Position numbers and translations under genes: made by a program. Below, one piece after another: positions 8,579-17,922 of a stretch of 42,057 nt of DNA. A model generated the notes under the pieces. It had not been told where the DNA came from, did no database searches, and was given only the letters and a program-made list of their open reading frames with translations. Every line of letters starts with the position of its first letter. Position 1 is the stretch's first letter. The DNA is from a bacterium (GTDB taxonomy: Bacteria > SZUA-182 > DTGQ01 > JAFGSM01): assembly GCA_049472315.1 (NCBI GenBank), contig JBLIRN010000027.1, positions 1-42,057 of the forward strand. The letters are read 5' to 3'.

Positions 8579-10006
8579 CTACACCATTACCTTTGCGATC
8601 AATGTCTCTCCGGTTGTCCCTTCGTCGGGATAGGTAGCGGTCCCCAGCGACAGATTCGTCTTGGACGTCTTCTTTCCCGCTGCAAACCGATGCTTATAAA
8701 ATTGATCCATGATCCTCTTTTCCACGACAAGGGCCCCCTCGTGAGGGGTGTCGTGCAGGATCACCACGACCCTTCCGTCCAGTCTCTGGTACTCCAGCGT
8801 ATCACGATCCTTTCGTATGCTGTCGAAGACAACGCGGCAGACTTGATCCATCAGCCTGAACGTCTCCTTGTTCCCATAGGTTTTTTTCAGGTAGTCAAAG
8901 CTTTCCAGTCTCACCATCATCAATGAAAAGATGGTCTTATTGTCACGGGCATTGATGATGGCATTATCCACCAGGTCCGTCAGGATCTGCTGGCTGTTGT
9001 AAAGAGGAAGGATGAAGGCGAATTTGGTGCCTATGCCATACTCGCTTTCAACCCATATCTTGCCCTTGTGCCCTTCGATCAAGCCCTTTATGATCGCAAG
9101 ACCGAGGCCGGTTCCCTGCCTCGAAGTGGTGCTGAGGGATTTCTCCACCTGGTAGAAGCGGTCGAAAATCCTCTCCAGGTCATCGGGTTGGATGCCGATC
9201 CCGTTATCCTCCACGGAACACTCGATGAACTTTCCATCATTCGATCCCTCACCAAGAACCTCCTTGATCGTGATCCGGACTTCCCCGCCCTCCTTGGTAA
9301 ACTTTATGGCATTGTCAATGAGGTTGGTGAAGACCTGCTCGAGCTTGTCCTTGTCCCCGTGAACCAGCGGCATATCACAGGTCACCTCTTTGGAGATGGT
9401 GATGTTTTTCACCTCAGCCCGCTGCCTGATAGAGGATATGGAGGCATCAACGGGTTCGTTCAAATCAAGGCAGGTGAATATGAGTTTCATCTTCCCTGCC
9501 TCTATCTTCGAGACATCCAGCAGATCGGCAATAAGGGTCATCAACCGGTTGACGTTCCTGGTGGCGATGTCAAGAAATTTTCTTTGATTCTCGTTGATCT
9601 CACCTGTCTTCCCACCCATAATGATATCAACGGCATTCTTCACGCTGGTGAGGGGGCTCCTCAGTTCGTGGCTCACCACGGAGATCAGGTCCGTCTTCAT
9701 CTCGTCAAATTCCTTGAGTGTCTCAATGCGTATTCGATTGGACACCAGGACATGCTTCAGCGTCTTGATCTCCATCTCCTTGACCACCATATACCCGCAA
9801 AAAAGAAGGATGAAGGCGGTGAAACCCAGAAGGAAGACATTCATCTCATAGGAATCGAGGATCCGCTCCCCAACCTCGGGGCTCCCCCAATAGAAAAAAA
9901 CGAGAATGATGAAGGCGGCAAGGGCCAACAGCAAGACCAAGGTAATGGTCCACAACTGCCAGTCGCGCCGTTCCAACTCATGGAACTGGTTATCCTTTTT
10001 GGACAT
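8579..10006 (-). CDS. Membrane sensor histidine kinase (2 TM, HisKA, HATPase) with C-terminal degenerate GGDEF-like domain
   Basis: Two hydrophobic segments. H-box VSHELRSPLT, N-box NLIDNAIKF, DNGIGI, GTGLGL. The C-terminal about 130 aa (FSLMMVRLESFDYLKKTYG...LSLGTATYPDEG) follow the GGDEF fold pattern without the GGDEF motif. Confidence 0.9.
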   Translation of the reverse strand: MSKKDNQFHELERRDWQLWTITLVLLLALAAFIILVFFYWGSPEVGERILDSYEMNVFLLGFTAFILLFCGYMVVKEMEIKTLKHVLVSNRIRIETLKEFDEMKTDLISVVSHELRSPLTSVKNAVDIIMGGKTGEINENQRKFLDIATRNVNRLMTLIADLLDVSKIEAGKMKLIFTCLDLNEPVDASISSIRQRAEVKNITISKEVTCDMPLVHGDKDKLEQVFTNLIDNAIKFTKEGGEVRITIKEVLGEGSNDGKFIECSVEDNGIGIQPDDLERIFDRFYQVEKSLSTTSRQGTGLGLAIIKGLIEGHKGKIWVESEYGIGTKFAFILPLYNSQQILTDLVDNAIINARDNKTIFSLMMVRLESFDYLKKTYGNKETFRLMDQVCRVVFDSIRKDRDTLEYQRLDGRVVVILHDTPHEGALVVEKRIMDQFYKHRFAAGKKTSKTNLSLGTATYPDEGTTGETLIAKVMV

Positions 10007-10409
10007 TGATATCCCCCCACAGCGTTCTGAAGAAAATCCTTACCTTTTGATATGGGACCTCATTCCCTGTCAAACGGATATGTGGATCGGGATTCTTCTT
10101 TAATAGGGGCGTGCATGAGATAGGTCTCTCCCCTAACCATCTTCCTTACATATCTATATCTTCGGGAATCCCGCCCATTTCCTTCTATCAATCTGATAAG
10201 TATATTGTATTCGTTTGAAATATGTCAATATATTTGTCAACATGGTTATAAACAAAAAATGCGGCCTTATATATCATTAGATATAAATGATCATGCATTA
10301 TGGAGAAGGGGAAGGCCTTACGGAGATGACATGCAAAGGGGATTATGGTAGACTTTCCATGAAACGTGAACATAATAAAGCATAACGCACACCGCGGAGG
10401 ATACAGGGA

Positions 10410-11333
10410 ATGTCGAACATGGCAAAGACCGAAAAGATATGGTTTAACGGGCAATTCGTGAACTGGGACGACGCCAAGATCCATGTGCTCTCCCACGTGA
10501 TACACTACGGATCGAGTATCTTTGAGGGGATGCGCTGCTACACCACCAAAAAGGGACCCGCCTGTTTTCGCTTGAAGGACCACATCAACCGCCTCTTCGA
10601 TTCCGCCAAGATTTACCGCATGCCCATTCCCTATGCCAGGGAAGAACTGTCGGAGGCCATCCTGGAGACGATCCGTACAAACAACATGCAATCCTGCTAC
10701 ATACGACCGATCGTATTCAGGGGATTCGGCGAGATGGGGGTCAATCCCTTGAAATGCCCGGTGGATACCGTGATCGCCGTGTGGGAATGGGGGGCGTATC
10801 TCGGCCAGCAGGGCCTGGAAAAGGGGGTGTCGGTGCGATTCTCCTCCTGGAACCGGCTCGCTCCGAATACCATGCCGGCCATCGCAAAGGCGGGTGCCAA
10901 CTACATGAACTCCCAGCTCATCAAGATGGAGGCCAATGCAGACGGATACATGGAAGGGATCGGACTGGACACCATGGGATACGTGAGCGAAGGGGGAGGC
11001 GAAAACATCTTCATGGTGAAGAACGGAAAGATCTACACACCCTCCACAGGCTCCTCCATCCTGCCGGGGATCACCCGTCATTCGGTCATCGTCCTGGCGC
11101 GTGAGCTCGGCTACTCGGTTAACGCACGCTCCATCCCCAGGGAGGCATTCTATATCGCCGATGAGGTCTTCTTTACCGGAAGCGCAGCGGAAATCACCCC
11201 GATTGCCCAGATTGACCACATCGAGATCGGCAACGGAACCCGCGGCCCTGTCACCAAGGCATTGCAGGATGCCTTCTTCGGCATCACCACCGGAAATGCA
11301 GAGGACCGGCACGGATGGCTCACCCTGGTATAA
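10410..11333 (+). CDS. ilvE: Branched-chain amino acid transaminase
   Basis: [35 protein letters not shown] (PLP lysine), [31 protein letters not shown]. Confidence 0.96.
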   Translation: MSNMAKTEKIWFNGQFVNWDDAKIHVLSHVIHYGSSIFEGMRCYTTKKGPACFRLKDHINRLFDSAKIYRMPIPYAREELSEAILETIRTNNMQSCYIRPIVFRGFGEMGVNPLKCPVDTVIAVWEWGAYLGQQGLEKGVSVRFSSWNRLAPNTMPAIAKAGANYMNSQLIKMEANADGYMEGIGLDTMGYVSEGGGENIFMVKNGKIYTPSTGSSILPGITRHSVIVLARELGYSVNARSIPREAFYIADEVFFTGSAAEITPIAQIDHIEIGNGTRGPVTKALQDAFFGITTGNAEDRHGWLTLV

Positions 11334-11382
11334 GCAGGCGGGGATTCCTTGAAAACCGTGCTGATTCAAAGGCGACATTCCC

Positions 11383-12588
11383 ATGAGGATCCATAAACGA
11401 TTCATCCCCCTCATCATCATCCTGGCCGTGGTCATTGCAGGTGCCGGTATGGCAGGGCTCAAGTGGCTTGCGGGAAACGGCAATCACCGGATCACCTTTT
11501 CAGGAAACGTGGAGCTTACGGAGGTAACCATCTCCTTCAAGATCCCGGGTAGGCTCGTAGAACTCACTATGGATGAAGGGGATTCAGTACGCCAGGGGAT
11601 GCTGGTCGCCCGGCTCGATCAGGAGCAACTCGAAAGCCAGCACGACCGGGCAAAGGCTGCACTTGCCGCTGCGAAGGCCCAGCTCGCCCAACTGAAAACG
11701 GCCATACAATATCAGCGTGAAACGGCACTTGGCCAGATCGAGCTGCGCACTGCTGAGCTAAAACAGGCGGAAAGCCAGTTGCAGGAGCTTCTCTCCGGCT
11801 CCCGGTCCCAGGAGATCGCTAAGGCCCGGGCCGCAGTGGATGCCGCACGCACCGAGTGGGTCAGGGCAGGGAACGACTGGGAGCGGGCCCAGGCCCTCTA
11901 CCGGAACGAGGATATCTCCACCGCCCGGTATGAGCAGATCAAGACCCGGTTTGAGAGCGCCAAGGCATCCCTGACCCAGGCCGAGGAGCAACTCGCCCTG
12001 CTGATCGAGGGACCGCGCAAGGAGGATATCGAATCCGCACGGGCGCAGGTGGACCGGGCACGGGCATCGGTGCGACTGGCAAAGGCGCAGAGGATCGAGA
12101 CCCAGAGACGGGAGCAGGAGGCGGACATGGCCGACGCCGAGGTGGACCGGGCACGGGCGGAGCTGGCCCTCATAGAGTCTCAGATCAAGGACACGGTCGC
12201 GCTCTCCCCTATTGAGGGGATCGTCCTGGTGAAGGCCGCAGAGAAGGGTGAGGTGCTGGCAGCCGGCACCCCCGTGGTAACCATCGGGGACCTGTTCCAT
12301 CCCTGGATCAGGGGGTACATCAACGAGAAGGACCTTGACCGGGTCAGACTGGGACAGGAGGTGCGCATCACCACGGATTCGGGGAAAACCTTCCAAGGCA
12401 CGCTTTCCTTCATCGCCTCCGAGGCGGAGTTCACCCCCAAGCAGATCCAGACCAAGGAGGAGCGGGTGAAGCTCGTCTACCGGGTGAAGGTGGATGTGGA
12501 AAACCCGGAGGGCGCCCTGAAGCTGAACATGCCGGTGGATGCCGAGATCCTCCCCGGCGAGGGAAAGGATCCCCATGGGAGCGGATGA
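11383..12588 (+). CDS. HlyD-family periplasmic adaptor (YbhG-like)
   Basis: N-terminal TM anchor, SGNVE..EV.ISFK..GRL, long alanine-rich coiled coil, FIASEAEFTPKQIQT.EER.KLVYRVKV. Confidence 0.92.
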   Translation: MRIHKRFIPLIIILAVVIAGAGMAGLKWLAGNGNHRITFSGNVELTEVTISFKIPGRLVELTMDEGDSVRQGMLVARLDQEQLESQHDRAKAALAAAKAQLAQLKTAIQYQRETALGQIELRTAELKQAESQLQELLSGSRSQEIAKARAAVDAARTEWVRAGNDWERAQALYRNEDISTARYEQIKTRFESAKASLTQAEEQLALLIEGPRKEDIESARAQVDRARASVRLAKAQRIETQRREQEADMADAEVDRARAELALIESQIKDTVALSPIEGIVLVKAAEKGEVLAAGTPVVTIGDLFHPWIRGYINEKDLDRVRLGQEVRITTDSGKTFQGTLSFIASEAEFTPKQIQTKEERVKLVYRVKVDVENPEGALKLNMPVDAEILPGEGKDPHGSG

Positions 12589-13540
12589 TTCGACGGTCAT
12601 CCGCACCTCGAATCTCTCCCGGCGATTCGGCGACCTGACCGCGGTCCATTGCCTGACCCTGGAAATCGAAAGGGGTGAGATCTTCGGCCTGGTGGGGCCG
12701 GACGGGGCTGGAAAGACCACCACCCTGCGCCTGCTGTGCGGGCTCCTTGATCCCACCGAAGGCCAGGCATTCGTGGCAGGCGCCGATGTGTCCCGTCACC
12801 CTGAATCGGTAAGGGACCGCATCGGGTATATGGCCCAGCGTTTCGGTTTGTACGGCGATCTCACGGTGGGGGAAAACATGGCCTTTTATGCGGACCTGTT
12901 CGGCATCTCCCGGATGGACAGGGACCGCCTCACCGGAGAACTGCTCAGGATGACCCGGATGGAGCCCTTCGTCACACGGCGGGCCCAGCAACTCTCAGGC
13001 GGCATGAAGCAGAAGCTTGCCCTCATGTGCACCCTGCTCCACCGCCCCCGCATTCTCCTCCTGGATGAGCCCACCACCGGGGTGGATCCGTTGTCCCGCA
13101 GGGATTTCTGGGCCATTCTCTATGGACTGGTCAAGGAGGGGATGACCATCCTGGTGACCACCGCATATATGGATGAAGCGGAGCGGTGCAACCGGGTGGG
13201 CCTGATGCACGGCGGCCGCCTCATCCGGTGCGACGCACCCGGGGCGATCCGGAAGGGCCTGGAGGAGGAGTGCTACGAGGTGCAGGCTTCGGACCTGCGG
13301 GAGGCCCGAAAGGCCCTTGTCGCCAGCGAAGGCGTGCTGAGCGTCGAGCCCTCCGGCTCCCTCCTGCACCTGTTTATCTCTCCGAAGACAACCTCACCCG
13401 AGGTGCTCCACCGCACCTTGAAGGCCCAGGGGCTTGAGCCAATCATCATCACCCCCATCACCCCCTCCCTGGAGGATGTATTCATCGCCCTGATTCAAAA
13501 GGCCTCCCATGAGTATGCAGGCGCCTGCACAAGCGGTTGA
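12575..13540 (+). CDS. ABC transporter ATP-binding protein (ABC-2/YbhF-like)
   Basis: GPDGAGKTT, LSGGMKQK, LLLDEPTTGVDP. ATG 12575 overlaps the adaptor gene end. Confidence 0.92.
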   Translation: MGADDSTVIRTSNLSRRFGDLTAVHCLTLEIERGEIFGLVGPDGAGKTTTLRLLCGLLDPTEGQAFVAGADVSRHPESVRDRIGYMAQRFGLYGDLTVGENMAFYADLFGISRMDRDRLTGELLRMTRMEPFVTRRAQQLSGGMKQKLALMCTLLHRPRILLLDEPTTGVDPLSRRDFWAILYGLVKEGMTILVTTAYMDEAERCNRVGLMHGGRLIRCDAPGAIRKGLEEECYEVQASDLREARKALVASEGVLSVEPSGSLLHLFISPKTTSPEVLHRTLKAQGLEPIIITPITPSLEDVFIALIQKASHEYAGACTSG

Positions 13541-14462
13541 GATCGAGGGCCTGGTCAAGCGCTTCGGTGACTTCATTGCCGTTGACCATATCTCGCTTTC
13601 CGTGTCCCGGGGGGAGATCTTCGGGTTCCTGGGCCCGAACGGCGCAGGGAAATCCACCACCATCCGCATCCTGTGCGGGCTCCTCCAGCCCTCGGAGGGA
13701 CGGGCCATGGTGGGGGGCATTGATGTGTCACGCGACCCCGAGGGGGTGAAACGGAACATCGGATACATGTCCCAGAAATTCTCCCTGTACGACGATCTCA
13801 CCGTGGAGGAAAATATCTCCTTTTTCAGCGGCATCTATGGGGTGCACGAAAGGGAGCGTCAGGAGCGGTGGGAATATGTGCTCGGGATGGCAGGGCTTGA
13901 GGAGCGCAGGAAAACCATGACCCGTCACCTTCCCGGGGGATTGAAGCAGCGCCTTGCCCTGGGCTGCGCCATCCTGCACCGCCCCCCCATCCTCTTTCTG
14001 GACGAACCTACCTCGGGCGTCGACCCCCTGGCCAGGAGGGGATTCTGGGACCTCATCTACCGGCTCTCGGCGGAGGGGCATACCATCTTCGTATCCACCC
14101 ATTACATGGACGAGGCCGAGTATTGCCACCGCCTGTCCCTCATGTACCGGGGGAGGATCATCGCCCTGGGGACCCCGTCGTCTCTCAAGAAATCCTTCTT
14201 CGCTCACGCCCTCCTCTACCTGGATTCCTCATCCCCCTTGGAGAGCATGAGGGCGGTCGAGGGGCTGGAGGGTATCCTGGACGTGGCGGTATTCGGAAGT
14301 GGGCTGCACGTGCGGGTGATGGATCCTGCAGCCGCATCCTCCCGCATCCGCTCCACCCTGGAGGGGCGCAATATCGAGATACGGAGGCTGGAACCCATCC
14401 GGCCCTCCATGGAGGACGTGTTTGTGGCCATGATCGAGGAGGAGGAGCGAAAGTCACCATGA
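13509..14462 (+). CDS. ABC transporter ATP-binding protein, second (ABC-2/YbhF-like)
   Basis: [38 protein letters not shown]. Confidence 0.93.
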   Translation: MSMQAPAQAVEIEGLVKRFGDFIAVDHISLSVSRGEIFGFLGPNGAGKSTTIRILCGLLQPSEGRAMVGGIDVSRDPEGVKRNIGYMSQKFSLYDDLTVEENISFFSGIYGVHERERQERWEYVLGMAGLEERRKTMTRHLPGGLKQRLALGCAILHRPPILFLDEPTSGVDPLARRGFWDLIYRLSAEGHTIFVSTHYMDEAEYCHRLSLMYRGRIIALGTPSSLKKSFFAHALLYLDSSSPLESMRAVEGLEGILDVAVFGSGLHVRVMDPAAASSRIRSTLEGRNIEIRRLEPIRPSMEDVFVAMIEEEERKSP

Positions 14463-15592
14463 ACCTCCGACGCACAGGTGCTGTGGCGCGAAAGGAGTTC
14501 CTTCACATCCTGCGGGACCCGAGAAGCCTGGTCATGGCCCTTGCCCTCCCCATGGTCCTGCTTCTGCTCTTCGGCTATGCACTCACCCTCGATGTTGACC
14601 GCATCCCCACCCTGGTGTACGACCTCGACCGGAGCCCCCAGAGCCGCGCACTGGTCGCCCGGCTCGAGGGATCGCGCTATTTCAGGGTATGCGGTTTTGT
14701 CTCCACGTACCGGGAGATCGAAACAAGGATCGATCGTGACGAGTGCCTGGCCGCCCTGGTCATTCCACCGGGATACGGCAGGGACATCCTTGCCGGCACG
14801 GAGGGGAAGGTGCAGTTCATCATCGACGGGAGCGATTCGAACACCGCATCTATCGCCCTGGGGTATGCGGAGGCGCTCATCACCTCCTTCTCCCGGGAGC
14901 TGCAATCCGAGGCCCTGGAGCGAAAGGCGGGGGAGGCGCCTCCGGTGCCGGTGGAGGCGCGGCTGCGGGTGTGGTACAACAGCGAGCTTGAGTCCAAGAA
15001 CTTCATCGTGCCAGGGCTGGTGGCGGTGATCCTGATGATCATCTCCTCCCTGCTTACCTCACTCACCATTGCCCGGGAATGGGAGATGGGCACCATGGAG
15101 CAGCTCCTCTCCACGCCGCTGCGCTCCGCCGAGCTGGTGCTGGGGAAGATGACCGCCTTTTTCGCCGTGGGAATGATCGACGCCCTGATCGCCATCGGGA
15201 TCGGGGTGCTCGTGTTCGGCGTTCCCCTGCGGGGGAGCGGCATCCTGGTCTTCGTCACCTGCTGCGTCTTCCTGTTCGGGGCCCTGTGCACGGGGATCAT
15301 GATCTCCGCCCTCACCAGGCAGCAGCTCCTCGCCTATCAACTGGGCATCATCACCTCCTTCCTGCCCGCGTTCCTCCTGTCCGGGTTTGTGTTCGCCATC
15401 GAAAACATGCCCCGCATCATCCGGATCGTCACCCACATCATCCCCGCCCGCTACTTCATCACCATGCTCAAGGGGATCTTCATGAAGGGGGTGGGACTGG
15501 GGGTGCTGTGGATGGAAATGGGGCTCCTCCTTGCGTATGCGGTGGTGGTCTTTTCGATCGCCACCCGAAAACTGAAACAGAAGCTGGGGTGA
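14459..15592 (+). CDS. ABC-2 transporter permease (YbhS-like)
   Basis: ATGA overlap with the previous stop. KEFLHILRDPRS, DGSDSNTA, IAREWEMGTMEQLL, LLSGFVFAIENMP. Track start 14123 is too long. Confidence 0.92.
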   Translation: MNLRRTGAVARKEFLHILRDPRSLVMALALPMVLLLLFGYALTLDVDRIPTLVYDLDRSPQSRALVARLEGSRYFRVCGFVSTYREIETRIDRDECLAALVIPPGYGRDILAGTEGKVQFIIDGSDSNTASIALGYAEALITSFSRELQSEALERKAGEAPPVPVEARLRVWYNSELESKNFIVPGLVAVILMIISSLLTSLTIAREWEMGTMEQLLSTPLRSAELVLGKMTAFFAVGMIDALIAIGIGVLVFGVPLRGSGILVFVTCCVFLFGALCTGIMISALTRQQLLAYQLGIITSFLPAFLLSGFVFAIENMPRIIRIVTHIIPARYFITMLKGIFMKGVGLGVLWMEMGLLLAYAVVVFSIATRKLKQKLG

Positions 15593-15597
15593 CGGGG

Positions 15598-16746
15598 ATG
15601 TGGAAACGGGTCCTGGAGATCGTGAAAAAGGAGTTCAACCAGGTGCTGCGCGACCCGCGGATGCGGGTGGTGCTGCTGGTTCCTCCCCTGGTGCAGACCA
15701 TCATCTTCGGCTATGCCATCAACATGGACGTATCCCATGTCCCCATCGGCTGGATGGACCGGGACCGCACCCCGGCGAGCAGGGAGCTTCTCGCCGCCTT
15801 TGCCGGCTCCCCCTATTTCGAGGTATCGGCCCTAATCACCAGGGAGGAGGAGGTCAAGTCACTGCTTGATAAGGGTGATGTGAAGGGGGTGATTCGGGTG
15901 TCGCCCGGATTCGGCAGGGATATCCTCAGGCAGAAGACCGCAGGGGTGCAGATCCTGGTGGACGGCACGGATTCGAACACCGCATCCATCGTATCGAGCT
16001 ACGCCCGCCATATAATCGCCGGCCATGCCAAACGGGTGCAGCGAATGCAGCAGGAGGCGCGCCTGGTGGGGAAAACCAGCGTGCCTGTCGCCATGGCCCT
16101 TCCCTCCGTGCGAACGGAGAGCCGGGTGTGGTTCAATCCGGACCTCTCGAGCAGGGACTACTTTGTGCCCGGGGTCATCGTAAACATCATCGCCATCGTC
16201 ACGATCATGCTCACCGCCATGGCCATTGTGCGGGAAAAGGAGATCGGCACCATGGAGCAGTTGATGGTCACCCCCATCCGCCCCATCGAACTGATCCTGG
16301 GCAAGACGATCCCCTTCGCCATTGTAGGACTCCTCGACGTTGTCCTGATCACCGTGGCAGGGCTTGTGGTGTTCCGGATACCCCTCCGGGGGAGTTGGTG
16401 CGTGCTGACCGCGGCCTCCATCCTGTTCCTCATGACCACCCTGGGTACGGGGCTCTTCATATCCACCATCTCCCAGACACAGCAGCAGGCCCTCATGTCG
16501 ACATTCTTCTTCATGATGCCAGGATTCCTGCTGAGCGGGTTCGCCTTCCCCATCCGGAACATGCCCCTTCCGGTCCAATACCTGACCTATCTCAATCCCC
16601 TGCGCTACTTCATGGAGATCGTGCGGGGGATCTTCCTGAAGGGCACCGGCATCGTGGTGCTCTGGCCCCAGATGCTCGCCCTGCTGGCGTTCGGTATAGC
16701 CGTGCTCGGCCTGAGCGTGCTGCGTTTTCACAAACGGCTTGATTGA
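15598..16746 (+). CDS. ABC-2 transporter permease (YbhR-like)
   Basis: KEFNQVLRDPR, DGTDSNTA, IVREKEIGTMEQL.VTP, LSGFAFPIRNMP, NPLRYF. Track start 15079 is too long. Confidence 0.92.
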   Translation: MWKRVLEIVKKEFNQVLRDPRMRVVLLVPPLVQTIIFGYAINMDVSHVPIGWMDRDRTPASRELLAAFAGSPYFEVSALITREEEVKSLLDKGDVKGVIRVSPGFGRDILRQKTAGVQILVDGTDSNTASIVSSYARHIIAGHAKRVQRMQQEARLVGKTSVPVAMALPSVRTESRVWFNPDLSSRDYFVPGVIVNIIAIVTIMLTAMAIVREKEIGTMEQLMVTPIRPIELILGKTIPFAIVGLLDVVLITVAGLVVFRIPLRGSWCVLTAASILFLMTTLGTGLFISTISQTQQQALMSTFFFMMPGFLLSGFAFPIRNMPLPVQYLTYLNPLRYFMEIVRGIFLKGTGIVVLWPQMLALLAFGIAVLGLSVLRFHKRLD

Positions 16747-16759
16747 GCCGGCGCCATAA

Positions 16760-16969
16760 ATCCGGAAACCTTTCTCATAACCCGCTTGTATGCCCCGCTG
16801 TTTGCACCACATGAGAATCATCTCGACTATAGACCAGCCGGAAATCATCAAAAAAATCCTCATGCATTGTGACCTCCGGCAGCCTCTAGCGCACGGCCCT
16901 CCGATGATGAGCGATGCCCCTTCTCCAGAACATCATTCCCTGCTTCACCATCTGCTAAGTTCTAATTGA
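16760..16969 (+). mobile_element. Degenerate C-terminal remnant of an IS91-family (Y2) transposase
   Basis: Reading across a stop and single-base indels gives IRK...PLVCP(x)CLHHMRIISTIDQPEIIKKILMHCDL...GPP. This resembles the IS91-type tail (PL.CP.C...MRII.FI....VI.KIL.HL.L...R.PP). Confidence 0.6.
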
Positions 16970-16978
16970 ATATTTGTA

Positions 16979-17008
16979 TTGACAAAAATCAGAAATCCTG
17001 CCTATAAT
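16979..17008 (+). promoter_or_regulatory. Consensus sigma-70 promoter upstream of the toxin-antitoxin pair
   Basis: TTGACA (16979-16984), 18 nt spacer, TATAAT (17003-17008). Confidence 0.7.
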
Positions 17009-17096
17009 TTTTTTCAGAAAAGCAAATTCTTGTCATCCAAATGCTTATCATCAGAATCCCTTTAGTTCTGGCTTGTCCAGGGTAGGAGGTACTATC

Positions 17097-17333
17097 ATGA
17101 AAGAGTTTAAAAGAATAACCTTTAATCCTGATGTCATGGGCGGACAGGCTTGTATCAGGGGCATGAGGATACCCGTTTCTTTGATTGTCAACCTTGTAGC
17201 CAATGGAATGAAAACAGATAAAATAATTAAAGAGTATCCTGATCTCGATCCTGAAGATATAAAGGAAGCCCTACAATATGCTTCATGGTTAACCAGGGAA
17301 AAGATGCATCCCGCCATTGGAGCGAAAAAGTGA
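17097..17333 (+). CDS. DUF433-family antitoxin
   Basis: AGGAGGT RBS. RITFNPDVMGGQACIRGMRIPV...GM....II.EYPDL.PEDI.EALQYA. Confidence 0.9.
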   Translation: MKEFKRITFNPDVMGGQACIRGMRIPVSLIVNLVANGMKTDKIIKEYPDLDPEDIKEALQYASWLTREKMHPAIGAKK

Positions 17334-17691
17334 AATTTCTCGCTGATATGGGTATTGCTCAGTCTACTGTTGGTTGGCTTAAAGCGAATGGTTATGATTC
17401 AGTTCACCTGAGGGAAAGAGGACTGCAAAGCATATCGGATACAGAGATTGTAATAATTGCAAAACAAGAGAAGAGAGTCATCCTCACCTGTGATCTGGAT
17501 TTAGTGATTTAATGGCCGCTTCACAGGATATATGTCCAAGCGTAATAATTTTCAGGCTTAATAATGAAAAATCAGAGAACGTGAACAAAAAATTGGCCCA
17601 AATCTTAGAGGAATCTTCTCATACCCTCGAAAAGGGGGCCATTATAAGTGTTGAAGAATCAAGATATAGGGTACGTTTATTACCTGTTTGA
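17330..17691 (+). pseudogene. DUF5615 PIN-like toxin, frameshifted
   Basis: GTG start overlaps the antitoxin stop. KFLADMGI...HLRERGLQ..SD.EI..IAKQEKRVILTCDLD then a premature stop at 17512. Adding one T to the run at 17500-17502 restores DFSDLMAAS...PSVIIFRL...GAIISVEESRYRVRLLPV to TGA 17691. Confidence 0.85.
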
Positions 17692-17922
17692 TATGAGAAT
17701 CAATAGCTCCAATAACTGACCTCCCTGCGATTTTTCATATCCCATACACGCACAGCGCCATCTGTGTATAGAACGGCAAACCGGCACTATCCGGGCTGGA
17801 GGAGGCAGCGCTTATCGCAGCATGAAGGGTCATGTGAAGGGATTCCCTGTGATTGATCGTATCCCGATGCGGAGGCTCTCATCGACTCGTTCTAACGGGA
17901 GCCGCACGTGGAGGGATAAGAA

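Noticed and set aside
9068..11483. Long ORFs 9068-10009 (+) and 10188-11483 (-)
   Set aside because: Antisense shadows of the histidine kinase and ilvE.
11758..16863. Several 150-334 aa minus-strand ORFs across the ABC operon
   Set aside because: Shadows expected from GC-rich codon bias. The plus-strand genes have clear family motifs.
17770..17830. GGCAAACC as a possible c-di-GMP-I riboswitch start
   Set aside because: The downstream GAAA tetraloop and GACGCAAAGC elements are absent.
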